A DNA stretch of 64,000 bases from Candidatus Bathyarchaeota archaeon (GCA_963815095.1 CAWFFH010000003.1:416001-480000), one strand, 5' to 3'. Shown: positions 30,490 to 40,971, counted from the stretch's first letter. The notes: generated from the sequence alone by a model not told the origin. A program made the numbers and translations.

Positions 30490-31944
30490 GTGCCACTGAT
30501 GCGTGTTTGTCTCATTAATCCGCCGCGAATTCAGCCTAAAGCATGGGGAAAACCCAACGTTTTTCCACCCATCGCCATGGCTTCAGTTGCAGCAGTCCTC
30601 GAAAAAAACCACATCGTATCCATAATTGATTCTCCAACAGAGGGTTGGGAAAACCTGCTTGAACTTGATGAAACCAAATATCGGGTCGGTTTGAGTGCAG
30701 AAACTATCGCGGAAAGGGTCGCAAAGTGGAACCCCGAAGTTGTGGGATTGGAGATTCCCTTTTCAGGCTGGTCCAGAACCGCTTTTGAAGTTGCAGCCAC
30801 AGCAAAAAAAGTAAATCCAAACATCAAAGTCGTTCTGTTTGGCTTGCATCCTTCATCTCGCCCAGAGGATTGCCTGCAGAACGAGAACGTGGATTTTGTC
30901 GTAATTGGTGAACCAGAAAACACCATGTCCGAATTAGTTGATGCGTTAGCGGAAGAAAAACGGGATTTCAAAGTTATCGATGGTTTAGGTTTCAGAGAAA
31001 AAGGCAAACCAATTCTAACCAAGAAGCGTGCGGTAATTGAAGACTTGGATTCGCTGCCATTTCCCGCAAGACACCTACTTCCAATGAATGTTTACGCACA
31101 AGCCGTTAGACAGAACCCGCTACGAGGAGAAATCCACAAACCATACACCATAGTCATCACAAGCAGAGGCTGCCCCTACAACTGTGTTTTCTGCTCAAAC
31201 TGCATCGTCTGGGGCAAAAAGTGGCGTCCACGGAGCCCAAAAAATGTTGTTGACGAAATCGAGCAAGTTATCAAAACTTTTGGGATAGCGCAAATTGACT
31301 TTTCCGATGATAACATGACACTTGATAAGGAGCGGATGATTCAGATTTGCGATTTAATCGTTGAGCGCAGCTTGAAGTTTGAGTGGTTTACGCCCAACGG
31401 CATCAGAGCCGACACACTTGATGAGTCACTTTTGCGGAAGATGAAGGCTGCAGGCTGCAAAAAAATCCGCATTGCCCCTGAGTCGGGGGTGCAGCGAATC
31501 GTGAACGATGTCATCAAGAAAAACTTGGATCTCAAAACTGTTGAACAGGCGGTGGTTTTATGCAAGAAAGTCGGCATCAAAGTTGGCTGTTTCTTTGTCA
31601 TCGGTTTAATCGGCGAAACCAAAGCCGACATTGAAGAAACAATCAATTTCGCTTACAAACTCAAAGGGTTAGGCGCGGACACCTTTATCTTCAGCATCGC
31701 CATGCCCCTCTACGGAACTGCATTTTACGAGCAGGCAAAACAAAAGGGCTTTTTGCGGGAAGGTTTCTGCGACTACGCGTTGGCAGCGACCGAGCCACAA
31801 GTTGAAACGCCTGAATGGTCGGCAAAGGATTTGCAGGAGTTGTGTATGAAGGCGAATTTGGTTAACCCAACATTTACCCGCTCCAAAATTATCAGAGCCG
31901 TGAAGAACCCGAAGAAAACCCTTAAAGTTCTGCTGAAGAAATAG
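30490..31944 (+). CDS. Cobalamin-binding radical SAM protein (paralog 3)
   Basis: LINPP, PPIAMASVAAVL, GLHPS, SRGCPYNCVFC, DDNM, PESG. Confidence 0.92.
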   Translation: MPLMRVCLINPPRIQPKAWGKPNVFPPIAMASVAAVLEKNHIVSIIDSPTEGWENLLELDETKYRVGLSAETIAERVAKWNPEVVGLEIPFSGWSRTAFEVAATAKKVNPNIKVVLFGLHPSSRPEDCLQNENVDFVVIGEPENTMSELVDALAEEKRDFKVIDGLGFREKGKPILTKKRAVIEDLDSLPFPARHLLPMNVYAQAVRQNPLRGEIHKPYTIVITSRGCPYNCVFCSNCIVWGKKWRPRSPKNVVDEIEQVIKTFGIAQIDFSDDNMTLDKERMIQICDLIVERSLKFEWFTPNGIRADTLDESLLRKMKAAGCKKIRIAPESGVQRIVNDVIKKNLDLKTVEQAVVLCKKVGIKVGCFFVIGLIGETKADIEETINFAYKLKGLGADTFIFSIAMPLYGTAFYEQAKQKGFLREGFCDYALAATEPQVETPEWSAKDLQELCMKANLVNPTFTRSKIIRAVKNPKKTLKVLLKK

Positions 31945-32001
31945 AGGGTCAGTTTTGGGCTTCGCAAGTTTTATTACAATGCCCAGTTTTCCTAATTAGA
32001 C

Positions 32002-32268
32002 ATGAACAGTTTTTTCAAGAAAATACTGATTATTATCAAGGTTGTGGGTCAAGTTTTGTTCTTGTATGGTTTGCTCGCGTGGCTTTACGGCGTAATTATA
32101 CAATTAACTAATCCCAGTTACCTTCCCCTTCCGATATCGCATCTTTTTCTTTGGCTAAGAACTGACACTTTTACCATTGCGATGTTCATTCTAAGCGCTG
32201 TGGGCTTCTTTTTTTGGCGAGTGGTCACGGAATTTTTTAAACTACAAGAAAAGAAAGCTAACGCTTAA
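32002..32268 (+). CDS. Small two-TM membrane protein
   Basis: 88 aa, two hydrophobic helices, TATA-like TTTATTA about 25 nt upstream. Confidence 0.6.
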   Translation: MNSFFKKILIIIKVVGQVLFLYGLLAWLYGVIIQLTNPSYLPLPISHLFLWLRTDTFTIAMFILSAVGFFFWRVVTEFFKLQEKKANA

Positions 32269-33125
32269 CCACTCCTTTTCTTTCTCAAAGCAAAATAGGC
32301 AAACACAGCAACAAAACATCCGACCATAACCACTAAACCCGTAAGAACTCCAACATCTAAAACGGGCTGGGCAGGTTTGGGAAGCGCAGTCGGGGTCGGG
32401 GGCATTGGAGTTGGCGTTGGCTCGGCAACTATGAATTTGACGTAGTTGGAGTAGCCAGGGTTTCCTGCAAGATCATTTGCTTGGATGGAAATGCTGTGTT
32501 CACCTATGGGTAGATCGGTTAAAGTGGTGTTTTGGGCTGGTAAAGTTACGGTTCTGTTGCTATCAAAGGTAACAGTAAACGGCGCGGTTGGTTCGCTTAA
32601 AAAGACGTTTAAGGGAACATCGCCAAAATAGGTTTGGTTGATTTGAGGCGCCTGTACAGTTATGTTTGGAGGGGTTGCATCCAAAACAAAATCGGGCGCC
32701 GAGGGGTCGACCGTGAAGTAAATCGTGTCGACGTAGGAGTGAAGGTTACTGAAGATAAAATCTGTGTGCATTGAGATCGACAAGGTGTGCAATCCTTCTG
32801 AAAGCTCAAGCAACTGTACCTGTCCGCGAGCTAAGCTAACAACGTGCAGTTCGCGTGGGTTGATAATGGAGAAGGGCATTGGTGCAGTTAGAGTGCCGTC
32901 TAGTGTGTAGTTGAGGGACAGGTGCGAACCTATGCCAACTGCAACGGAGTAGTTGAAGAGGATGTTTTTTGTGTTGTATCTTGTGTTGACTGGGCTATAG
33001 ACGGTGACGCCGTCAGAGAGGTAAACTGGCCCCACAATGTTTCCCAAAACAGGTTGAAGCCCAATCAGCAATAAACCAAAAAGAACCACTGTAAACGCGG
33101 TTATCCTGCTTGACTGTCGATTCAT
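32265..33125 (-). CDS. Secreted Ig-like domain protein with Pro-rich linker and C-terminal TM anchor
   Basis: Signal peptide; two repeats of the L..G.H.(L/I)SI type; DATPP, ANDLAGN; PTPTP linker, TM helix, RKKR tail. Confidence 0.7.
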   Translation of the reverse strand: MNRQSSRITAFTVVLFGLLLIGLQPVLGNIVGPVYLSDGVTVYSPVNTRYNTKNILFNYSVAVGIGSHLSLNYTLDGTLTAPMPFSIINPRELHVVSLARGQVQLLELSEGLHTLSISMHTDFIFSNLHSYVDTIYFTVDPSAPDFVLDATPPNITVQAPQINQTYFGDVPLNVFLSEPTAPFTVTFDSNRTVTLPAQNTTLTDLPIGEHSISIQANDLAGNPGYSNYVKFIVAEPTPTPMPPTPTALPKPAQPVLDVGVLTGLVVMVGCFVAVFAYFALRKKRSG

Positions 33126-33246
33126 GATTAACCCTAATTGTTAATGCAACAATCTGACTTTTAGCTCTCCCAGAGGAACAGATTGTTCCCCAAAAAGAAC
33201 ACCTCCACCACTCCAAAAGAAAGATTCAAATTCGATTTCAATAGGC

Positions 33247-34797
33247 TCAGAAAATTATTAGTTTCCCGTTTATGAGCACCATTTCAACATTTATGTCCTT
33301 GATTTTTTCAGGCGCAACCACATACGGGTCCGAGGAAAGAATTGCTAAGTCTGCTAGTTTTCCTTCTTCAATTGAACCCTTCACTTTTTCTTCGCCCGAC
33401 GAGTAAGCTGCATCCAAAGCGTACATACGTAAAGCTTCATCTACACTCAAGCGTTGTTCAGGAAACGCTGCCCGCAAAACAACTTCTTGCACTCCAAGCA
33501 GAGGGCTGAGGGGTTCCATGGGGCAATCGGACCCAGCCACAACCTTCACGCCCGCGTTGAGGAGGGTTTTGAGGGGATGTAACCATCTTGCTCGTTCCAA
33601 ACCGAGACGTTGGGTAGCTGACCAAACTGAAAATTCCGTAGAAATAACCTTGGGCTGAATTGAAACAATCGCTTTCTGTTTTGCAAGACGCTTAACTAAG
33701 CCTTCATTTAATACTGCAGCTTGCTCGATTCGGAAACGAACATTACTTTTTGGGGTTTGATCAATTACGTTTAGGGTAGTGTCGATTGCTCTGTCGCCCA
33801 TCGCCAGTATGATTGGTTGAACCCCAGCCGCCAAAACTTGTCTAACCGAAGCCGCCAACCCTTCCTTAGTGCAGAGTAGTTTGCCGCGATTGTTTGGCTC
33901 GTCACTGTAAGGCTTCTCTAACGCGGCTTCTTTAGAATCCAAGTACCCGTCAGCTGCAATCGTAACGCCGCCAACTCGCAACACTGAAAAATCATTTGTT
34001 TTGAAACCGACTATTTTCTCTAAGAGTTCTATCGGAACTACCACGTTAACTCTGAAAGGCAACCTGCCCATTGCATGCAAATTCTGGATAATTGCAAGCT
34101 CAACTTCAGACAACACCAGCCAATGCACACTGGTTATGCCAGCTTGGGAGATTTTTTGGGACGCTAATGCCGTTGCCTCCAAAAGTTCAGCGCCTGTGGG
34201 TTCAGGAACAGCTTGCCAGATTAAGCTAGTTGCGGCATCTTGGAAGATACCTGTTAATTCGCCTGTTGCGGGGTTTTTATCGATGCCACCGCTTTTAGGC
34301 ATGAGGGTTTGCTTTGTTACACCTGCTAGTTGGAGAGCTTTGGTGTTTACTGCGCAAATCATTGCAGCTTCGTGATAGAGGATAACTGGGTTGTTTGGCG
34401 CAGCTGTATCTAAGTCTGAAGTTGTAGGCATTCGCTTTTCTTTAAAGCGATTCTGATTCCATCCGCGACCAATAATCCACTTGCCCGCAACCACTTGTAC
34501 AACTTTTTCTTTCAGGAGGCTTTGCAAGTCGCCGATGGATGATGCGCTGGTTAAGTCTAGCCACATTAAGCATCTGCCGAAGTCTGCAACGTGTATGTGC
34601 GTGTCGATTAAGCCGGGAATAACTGTTTTCCCTTCAAAGTTTAACACTTTTGTGTTTTCGCCGATTAACTTTGATATTTGTTTGGTGGTCCCGACTTTGA
34701 TAATTTTGTTTTTTGTGATGGCGAGGGCTTGGGCTGTAGGTTGCTTGGGGTTCATTGTTTTGATGTTTGTGTTGATGAGTGCCAAGTCCGCTGACAA
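33247..34797 (-). CDS. YtcJ-like amidohydrolase (Amidohydro_3) with degenerate metal ligands
   Basis: PGLIDTHIH, GRGW, GSDCP, GSIEEGKLAD; the expected HAxGD and RIEH read LAMGD and RIEQ. Confidence 0.85.
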   Translation of the reverse strand: MSADLALINTNIKTMNPKQPTAQALAITKNKIIKVGTTKQISKLIGENTKVLNFEGKTVIPGLIDTHIHVADFGRCLMWLDLTSASSIGDLQSLLKEKVVQVVAGKWIIGRGWNQNRFKEKRMPTTSDLDTAAPNNPVILYHEAAMICAVNTKALQLAGVTKQTLMPKSGGIDKNPATGELTGIFQDAATSLIWQAVPEPTGAELLEATALASQKISQAGITSVHWLVLSEVELAIIQNLHAMGRLPFRVNVVVPIELLEKIVGFKTNDFSVLRVGGVTIAADGYLDSKEAALEKPYSDEPNNRGKLLCTKEGLAASVRQVLAAGVQPIILAMGDRAIDTTLNVIDQTPKSNVRFRIEQAAVLNEGLVKRLAKQKAIVSIQPKVISTEFSVWSATQRLGLERARWLHPLKTLLNAGVKVVAGSDCPMEPLSPLLGVQEVVLRAAFPEQRLSVDEALRMYALDAAYSSGEEKVKGSIEEGKLADLAILSSDPYVVAPEKIKDINVEMVLINGKLIIF

Positions 34798-34957
34798 GTT
34801 ACTTTTTCTCCATGTTATTGGGGTGTTAATGGGCTAGTTGAATGCTTTAAGTAAAAAGTCTTGCGTTCCCAAGCGCTTTCTACGGTTTTGTGGTTATCTG
34901 CAAAACACATAATAGTTCCAACAGGCGTTTTTTGAATACTAAAGTCGGGGAACCAAC

Positions 34958-36418
34958 GTGAAAGCCCACGTAACACTTGTAAATCCACCATACCCAGTCG
35001 AAGCGCCGCAAGCAATCTTTCTGCCCTTAGGTATTGGTTACTTGACAGCGGTACTGGAAGAACAAGGGTACACCGTAGACGTGGTGGATTGCCAAACAAC
35101 TCATCCAACACAAAAAGAACTAGAAGAGAAGTTTCGCAGTTTAAACCCTAACATTATTGGCGTAACATCCGCCACACTCACGTACAATCCAGCACTCGAC
35201 ATTCTCAAAGCCGCAAAATCGGCGTTGCCAAACGTTTTAACAATGATTGGCGGTCCACATGTCACAGTAATGGATCAAGAAACCTTCACAGAAAGCAACA
35301 ACGTCGACATCGTTGTTCGCAGCGAGGGCGAGCAAACTATGCTGGAACTTGCGCGCCTTGTTTCTGAGGGCAACCTCAAAAACCTCAACCAAGTCTTAGG
35401 CATAACCTTCCAGAGCAACGGCAAAGTGTTCCGCAATCCTGACCGCCCATTCATGGTAGATATTGATTCGCTTCCTTACCCCTCCCATAAACACTTTGAT
35501 GTAGGCAAATACAAAATCCTCAACCGAACCTACCTACCGATAATCACCAGCCGCGGATGTCCCTTCAACTGTGCCTTCTGTGCAGGATACAAAATGTGCG
35601 GCAGAGGCTTCCGAGCACGCAGCCCCAAAAAAGTCGTAGACGAACTCGAGTGGCTGCGTGACGAATTCGGGGGAGGCGCGTTTGCCTTCTACGACGACAC
35701 CTTCACCTTCGATGTGAATAGAGCAATTGCTATCTGCGACGAAATGAAAAAACGCAAGTTCGATTTGCCCTGGGATTGCCGAACAAGAGTCGATAAAGTC
35801 TCCAAAGAACTCTTAACAAAGTTGCGGAACAGCGGCTGCCAACTGGTCCACTTCGGTGTTGAATCGGGCAATCAGCAAATGCTGAATTTGATGCGTAAAG
35901 GCACCACTGTCGAGCAAAACGCCCAGGCCATCAAATGGGCAAAAGAAGCAGGCATATCCGTCGCCATATCATTAGTCATCGGCTACCCCACAGAAACGCC
36001 CGAACAACTGCAGCAAACAATCGACTTCACCTACAAAACCAAACCAGACTACGTTTACATGTGCGAAGCAGTTCCTTACCCTGGTACGGAGCTCTACGAT
36101 TATGCGAAGAGTTTAGGTTTAGAGTTAGCCAAAGATTGGAGCCAATATCACGAGCAAACCCAAGTCTTCGAAAACAAATTATTACCGTTGGAGAAGCTAA
36201 ACCAAACAAAGAAAGACTTCTACGACCACTACCTATCCCCAACTTTCTACCTTCGCAAAAAAATGAAAGGCGACTTCTACAGTCAAATCATGGCACGCAG
36301 CGCCTTAAACCACATCGTTGCAAACAATAGCTTCGCCCGATGGTCATTAAGAAGACTATATCATCCCAAGAAGAGCCCAGGTGGACACAGCACATCCAGC
36401 AAGCAGCAAGGAGCCTAA
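34958..36418 (+). CDS. Cobalamin-binding radical SAM protein (paralog 4)
   Basis: LVNPP, PLGIGYL, GGPH, SRGCPFNCAFC, DDTF, GVESG, PYPGT. Confidence 0.92.
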   Translation: MKAHVTLVNPPYPVEAPQAIFLPLGIGYLTAVLEEQGYTVDVVDCQTTHPTQKELEEKFRSLNPNIIGVTSATLTYNPALDILKAAKSALPNVLTMIGGPHVTVMDQETFTESNNVDIVVRSEGEQTMLELARLVSEGNLKNLNQVLGITFQSNGKVFRNPDRPFMVDIDSLPYPSHKHFDVGKYKILNRTYLPIITSRGCPFNCAFCAGYKMCGRGFRARSPKKVVDELEWLRDEFGGGAFAFYDDTFTFDVNRAIAICDEMKKRKFDLPWDCRTRVDKVSKELLTKLRNSGCQLVHFGVESGNQQMLNLMRKGTTVEQNAQAIKWAKEAGISVAISLVIGYPTETPEQLQQTIDFTYKTKPDYVYMCEAVPYPGTELYDYAKSLGLELAKDWSQYHEQTQVFENKLLPLEKLNQTKKDFYDHYLSPTFYLRKKMKGDFYSQIMARSALNHIVANNSFARWSLRRLYHPKKSPGGHSTSSKQQGA

Positions 36419-36421
36419 AGT

Positions 36422-37123
36422 TTGGTTTCCATCTCAGGAATTAGATACTTACTCACCCATCCGCATCAACTCAAATGGCTTATTACAAGAGAGATTCATT
36501 TTGGTCAACGGAAAAAAAGCAAACGTAAATGGGTCGAGTGGCAAAAATACGACGCCAATTTGCATATTATCATGATGGAGGAGCACGCTGACATCTTAAG
36601 CGTGAATACCTTAAACGTTGACCGCATCAAAATCTTCAAAGATATAGTCAACGGCATCGGTAGCGGTCTGCGGATTTTGGATGTTGGCTGCGGGGATGGC
36701 GTGATTAGCGAACCACTTGTAAAGATGGGGCATTTTGTTGCAGCGGTAGATTTGCCCACGGTTGCCACTTCTTCTCATAAATGCAATGTTTCTTCTATCA
36801 TGGCAGGTGATGCGGAAACCTTAGCTTTTGGAAACGCAACGTTTGATTTGGTAATTGCATCTGAAGTTCTCGAACACTTGTGGGCGCCTGAGAACTTCAT
36901 AACCGAAGCGTACCGAACACTAAAACCCCGTGGCTACTTGATAATTGAAACCCCCGAAGGAATAGAAGGGTTAAATTATGATTCTCATATGAATTTTTAC
37001 ACAGTTGAAAAATTAGAAAAAATGTTAGGGCCAAAATTCAAAGTGAAAAAAATTGAGCGGTTAGCTGCAACTGGTTCCGCTCAAACGCCAACAATCATTG
37101 TCTTCTTCGAGAAAACCCCTTAG
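36422..37123 (+). CDS. Class I SAM-dependent methyltransferase
   Basis: ILDVGCGDG, FDLV, SEVLEH, LKPRG; starts 3 nt after the rSAM stop. Confidence 0.85.
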   Translation: MVSISGIRYLLTHPHQLKWLITREIHFGQRKKSKRKWVEWQKYDANLHIIMMEEHADILSVNTLNVDRIKIFKDIVNGIGSGLRILDVGCGDGVISEPLVKMGHFVAAVDLPTVATSSHKCNVSSIMAGDAETLAFGNATFDLVIASEVLEHLWAPENFITEAYRTLKPRGYLIIETPEGIEGLNYDSHMNFYTVEKLEKMLGPKFKVKKIERLAATGSAQTPTIIVFFEKTP

Positions 37124-39642
37124 AGTGGGCTTGGTCGTTGTTTTCCTTTTTTGAGTCTCTGACTAAAATAGGCAAGCGTAATGAGAGCCAGTGCAACAAT
37201 CGCAGCAATGAGTCCAATCACCACAGTTGAAGATGGTGCATTCCCATCTATTACTGGTGGCGAGACAGCTATGTTGGTTATTTGGTCTGCGAAACAATAC
37301 ACGTTCCAGTTGTGGTTTCCAATGTATAGTCTACCGTTGGCGATAGTAGGCGAGGACCAACTGCCTGAGGGGGTTAGGTAGCTGGCAAGTTTTGAGCCGT
37401 TGTTGTTGGCGTCAAGGATGTATACGTGGCGTTGGCTGGTCATCATGTAGATTTTACCATCAGCATACGAAGGCGAAGAGTAGAGTTCGTCACCTGTAAA
37501 GAAGCTCCAGTTTGTTTTTCCATTTGTCGCGTTTATAGATGTCATACTGAACTTGTCAATTATGTATAATTGACCGTTAACGTAGATTGGAGATGAAACA
37601 ATAAATTCGTCTGCGCCTGGGTCACGGAAAGTCCAAACAATTGCGCCAGTCACCGAATTAATACCAAAGTATGTTCGCAGGTCAGCGGATGCAAACACCA
37701 TGCCATTTGCAACGGACGGGGATCCTATCATTTCTGTGCCACCCGTAAATTGATACTCATAGGGTAGTTGCTGTTCCCAAAGTAATGCACCAGTGGCAGC
37801 GTCAAGTTTGTAGAGTGCACCTGAATAGGGTTCTTCTGATGTGAAGTAAACTCCACCGCTGTCAATTGCTGGGGAAGATAAGATGGGCCCGCCTGTAGTG
37901 TAATTCCAAATGATGTTGCCTGTGTTTGCGTCAAGAGCATACATTTTACCATCTAATGAGCCAACATAGACTATCCCGTTTACCACTGCTGGCGAGGACT
38001 TAAGCACAAACGACCCGTAAGTGTAGGGTAAGTCGCCGTTCACAAAGGTCTTCCAATCGAGCATTCCATTGTAAGCGTCTAGGCAGTAAACGTACCCGTC
38101 GTCGCCTCCTGTGTAAACTTTGCCGTTTGAAATGGCGGGAGAGGATACTTGGGAGTCTTGAGTGGTGTAGCTCCAGATGAAGGCGCCGCTGAATGCGCCG
38201 ATGGCGTAGATGTTCTTGTCTTGAGAACCCACGTAGACTATGCCGTTTACAACGCTGGGTGAAGAAATAACGGAGCCGTTGGTTGCGAACGTCCAAGATA
38301 AGGATAGGTTTGTTGGACCCACTTGGGCGGTGGAGGAGTGTGTTGGGTCGGCTCTCCACATGGACCAGTCGCTGATTGGAATGTTGTCGGTGCCTATGGC
38401 CCAAACCTGGTTGAAGCTGTTATATTCGCTTCCTGAAATGGCGTCAACGGCATCAGTTACGGTGCCGGGAATAAGGTAGAGGTGACCATATGCTACGGCC
38501 ACAGATTCTCTTGGAGCCAACGCTTCGATTGGAAGCTTCCAGTTAAGTTGTCCTGTATAAGCGTTCAAGCAGGCGAACTCAGAGGTTCCGACAACGCCGC
38601 CATATTGCGCGATTTCCCCAGTTGTTGCGTAGATTTTGCCGTCTGCAACTGTCGGGTACCCAGGCCAAAGAAGGGTGCCTGGACCTTGATATTTCCATGT
38701 AAGCTGACCCGTTGCTGTGTTGATGGCGTAGAGATTTCCATCTTTGTTGAGTTCATATACATTGCCGTATGCAACCGCCGCACCTGTAGTGAAGTAGCCG
38801 TCAGCTGTGCCTGGCGAATAAATCCACAATATTTTGCCATCAGTCGCGTTGAAACAGTACATCGTGTTGTCGTCAGTTCCTCCCCTAAAAAATTTTCCAT
38901 CAGAATAAGTGCCGTCAAAAATCATTGGACCTTTCGTCAGGGTAGTCCACACAACTGAACCTGTTTTGGCGTTAAGCGCGATTTGCTGGTTCTCAAAAGA
39001 ACCAGGAAAAACCAAGCCACCGCCGTAAGTAGTTCCTATTCCTGTTCTGCCGCCGCCAGGAACATATGTTCTCCAAACTAAAGTTGGCGGCTGTGAGGTG
39101 TCAGCAAAACTCCAGCCTTCAGTGAAGGAGTCAACTTTTATGTAGAACATTTTTTCTTCAGGGCTGTAAACGTTGGCACTGAAAATACCAGTATCCTCGC
39201 AGAAAGCTGAGCTGGTCCAGAGTATTTTGCCTGTTAGCGGGTCAAGGCAGCTGCTTTCTACAACCATGTGAGAATCGTCGATTTTGTAGGCAATGGGCCA
39301 AGTTTTATTCATTGGAATGTCAGTCTTCCATGCTTGCTCTCCGGTTTGTCCGTTCAACGCCACAACGGAGGTGTTTGTGCCTACAAAAATCATCCCGTCA
39401 AAGGCTGAGAGATAAGTTTGGATGCCCGAAACGTTAGCTTTCCAAAGTATGGCTGAGGTATCAGGGGCAGGTCCAGCTGAGAAACGTGAGAAGGAAGAGT
39501 CACCCATGAACTGGGGCCACTCGTATTGGAGCAGATTCGAGTTATTTGATGCTAAATCGACGCTTGCTTGGGCACTTACAAGGTTTGGGTTTGAATGTAA
39601 GGTAACAACTGCTGAAACTGATGAAACAAGCAATAACGCCAA
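37120..39642 (-). CDS. Secreted double PQQ/BamB-like beta-propeller protein with C-terminal TM anchor (true start probably upstream)
   Basis: Many SSP.V.NG.VYVGS.D..YA.DA.TG...W repeats; two W..(F/W).(G/A)D..(F/H)S starts (WPQFMGD, WSMWRAD) mark two propellers; reading frame stays open upstream to 39699. Confidence 0.85.
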   Translation of the reverse strand: MALLLVSSVSAVVTLHSNPNLVSAQASVDLASNNSNLLQYEWPQFMGDSSFSRFSAGPAPDTSAILWKANVSGIQTYLSAFDGMIFVGTNTSVVALNGQTGEQAWKTDIPMNKTWPIAYKIDDSHMVVESSCLDPLTGKILWTSSAFCEDTGIFSANVYSPEEKMFYIKVDSFTEGWSFADTSQPPTLVWRTYVPGGGRTGIGTTYGGGLVFPGSFENQQIALNAKTGSVVWTTLTKGPMIFDGTYSDGKFFRGGTDDNTMYCFNATDGKILWIYSPGTADGYFTTGAAVAYGNVYELNKDGNLYAINTATGQLTWKYQGPGTLLWPGYPTVADGKIYATTGEIAQYGGVVGTSEFACLNAYTGQLNWKLPIEALAPRESVAVAYGHLYLIPGTVTDAVDAISGSEYNSFNQVWAIGTDNIPISDWSMWRADPTHSSTAQVGPTNLSLSWTFATNGSVISSPSVVNGIVYVGSQDKNIYAIGAFSGAFIWSYTTQDSQVSSPAISNGKVYTGGDDGYVYCLDAYNGMLDWKTFVNGDLPYTYGSFVLKSSPAVVNGIVYVGSLDGKMYALDANTGNIIWNYTTGGPILSSPAIDSGGVYFTSEEPYSGALYKLDAATGALLWEQQLPYEYQFTGGTEMIGSPSVANGMVFASADLRTYFGINSVTGAIVWTFRDPGADEFIVSSPIYVNGQLYIIDKFSMTSINATNGKTNWSFFTGDELYSSPSYADGKIYMMTSQRHVYILDANNNGSKLASYLTPSGSWSSPTIANGRLYIGNHNWNVYCFADQITNIAVSPPVIDGNAPSSTVVIGLIAAIVALALITLAYFSQRLKKGKQRPSPL

Positions 39643-39880
39643 GACAAGTGTGACTTTTAGTTTGATTTGCGTTGAGTCTTTGCCCCCAAGAATGAGTGTC
39701 TATGGTTCTATTTCACTATAAACTTTACGGAAACACTAAATTTCTAAGTATTAACTTAAAATTACAGGACAAATTGCAAAGTTGACTAACAAAACCAAAA
39801 AAGCCCGAACCGCACAATCTTTTTTAAGACCAAAGGAACCCTTAAAGTAAACATGATACGGAGCTTGAGGGGATTTTACT

Positions 39881-40960
39881 TTGACAGATGAAGCTGGTCC
39901 ATTACTTATGACTTCTTGGAGATCAACTGGAGCATGCAACGCACGGTGCTTATACTGCAATGTTGATTCAACAGGCAAACATGCACCAAGAGAGATGACA
40001 ACTCAAGAAGCCTTCCATCTAGTCGATGAAGTCAAAAGCTTTGGCGTACGATGGTTTGGCATAAAAGGCGGTGAACCCTTAACACGACCAGACATTTTTG
40101 AAATAGTCACCTACGCCAAAAATAAAGGTTTAAACGTATGTCTCCTGACCAACGGGGTTTTCGTTGACGGAAAAATATATGACAACTTGGTCAAAAACCA
40201 AGTTTGGACATCAGTTAGCATCGATGGACCTGAGGAAATAAACGATCAATTACGCGGGAAAGGTTCATACAAGAAAGCGTTAGCTGCTATAGAAAAATTG
40301 TCTGCAGGCAAAATCCTAAACGGCCTAGCTTGCGCCATCACAACCATTAACTACCAACACTTAGACCATGTTGCTGATTTAGCTGATAAGTATCACGCGA
40401 ATTTTGTTTGGTACAATCATTTAGTGCCCAGTGGAAGGGCAAAGTCAACCATGGAGTTGACACCTACCCCTGAACAGTACGAGTGGGTGCTAAACCACAT
40501 TTGGGATATAACCGAGAAGTATAAGGGCAAATTTGAAGTGCACGTGCACTGTCCACACTTTGCACGAGTTGTAAAACAAAGAATCCCGGAGGACGAGTTT
40601 AACCTCTGGTATAAAAAGGAGTTCCATGGCAAATGCACCTACTTTGCGTTTGGTGGCTACCTTAGCGTTACCGAAAACGGGGATTTAATACCCTGCTTCT
40701 ACACTGACCTGCAACCCTCCGAGCCTATGATGCTCGGAAACATTCGCGATAAAAGCCTAAGTACCGCCTGGAAAGAAATTAAACAATCAACCTATTATAA
40801 CAAATTCCAAGACCGAAACGTGCTGAAAGGGAAATGCGGCGTATGCGAGTACAGAGAAATCTGTGGCGGATGCAGAAACCGAGCCTACGCCTACACGGGC
40901 GATATAACGGAATCTGACCCAGCATGCGCCTACATACCTCTAGCTCTTAGAAAAAAATGA
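39881..40960 (+). CDS. Radical SAM/SPASM protein (NirJ/Ahb-like)
   Basis: CNARCLYC, GGEP, SIDG, PSGRA, KCT...PC...CGVCEYREICGGCR...DPAC. Confidence 0.9.
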   Translation: MTDEAGPLLMTSWRSTGACNARCLYCNVDSTGKHAPREMTTQEAFHLVDEVKSFGVRWFGIKGGEPLTRPDIFEIVTYAKNKGLNVCLLTNGVFVDGKIYDNLVKNQVWTSVSIDGPEEINDQLRGKGSYKKALAAIEKLSAGKILNGLACAITTINYQHLDHVADLADKYHANFVWYNHLVPSGRAKSTMELTPTPEQYEWVLNHIWDITEKYKGKFEVHVHCPHFARVVKQRIPEDEFNLWYKKEFHGKCTYFAFGGYLSVTENGDLIPCFYTDLQPSEPMMLGNIRDKSLSTAWKEIKQSTYYNKFQDRNVLKGKCGVCEYREICGGCRNRAYAYTGDITESDPACAYIPLALRKK

Positions 40961-40971
40961 TTTAAGGTATT

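Noticed and set aside
38425-38460. DAVDAISGSE in the BamB-like propeller resembling the flavinylation motif DxxSGAT
   Set aside because: Lacks the Ala and the acceptor Thr/Ser at the required positions; no apbE in the window
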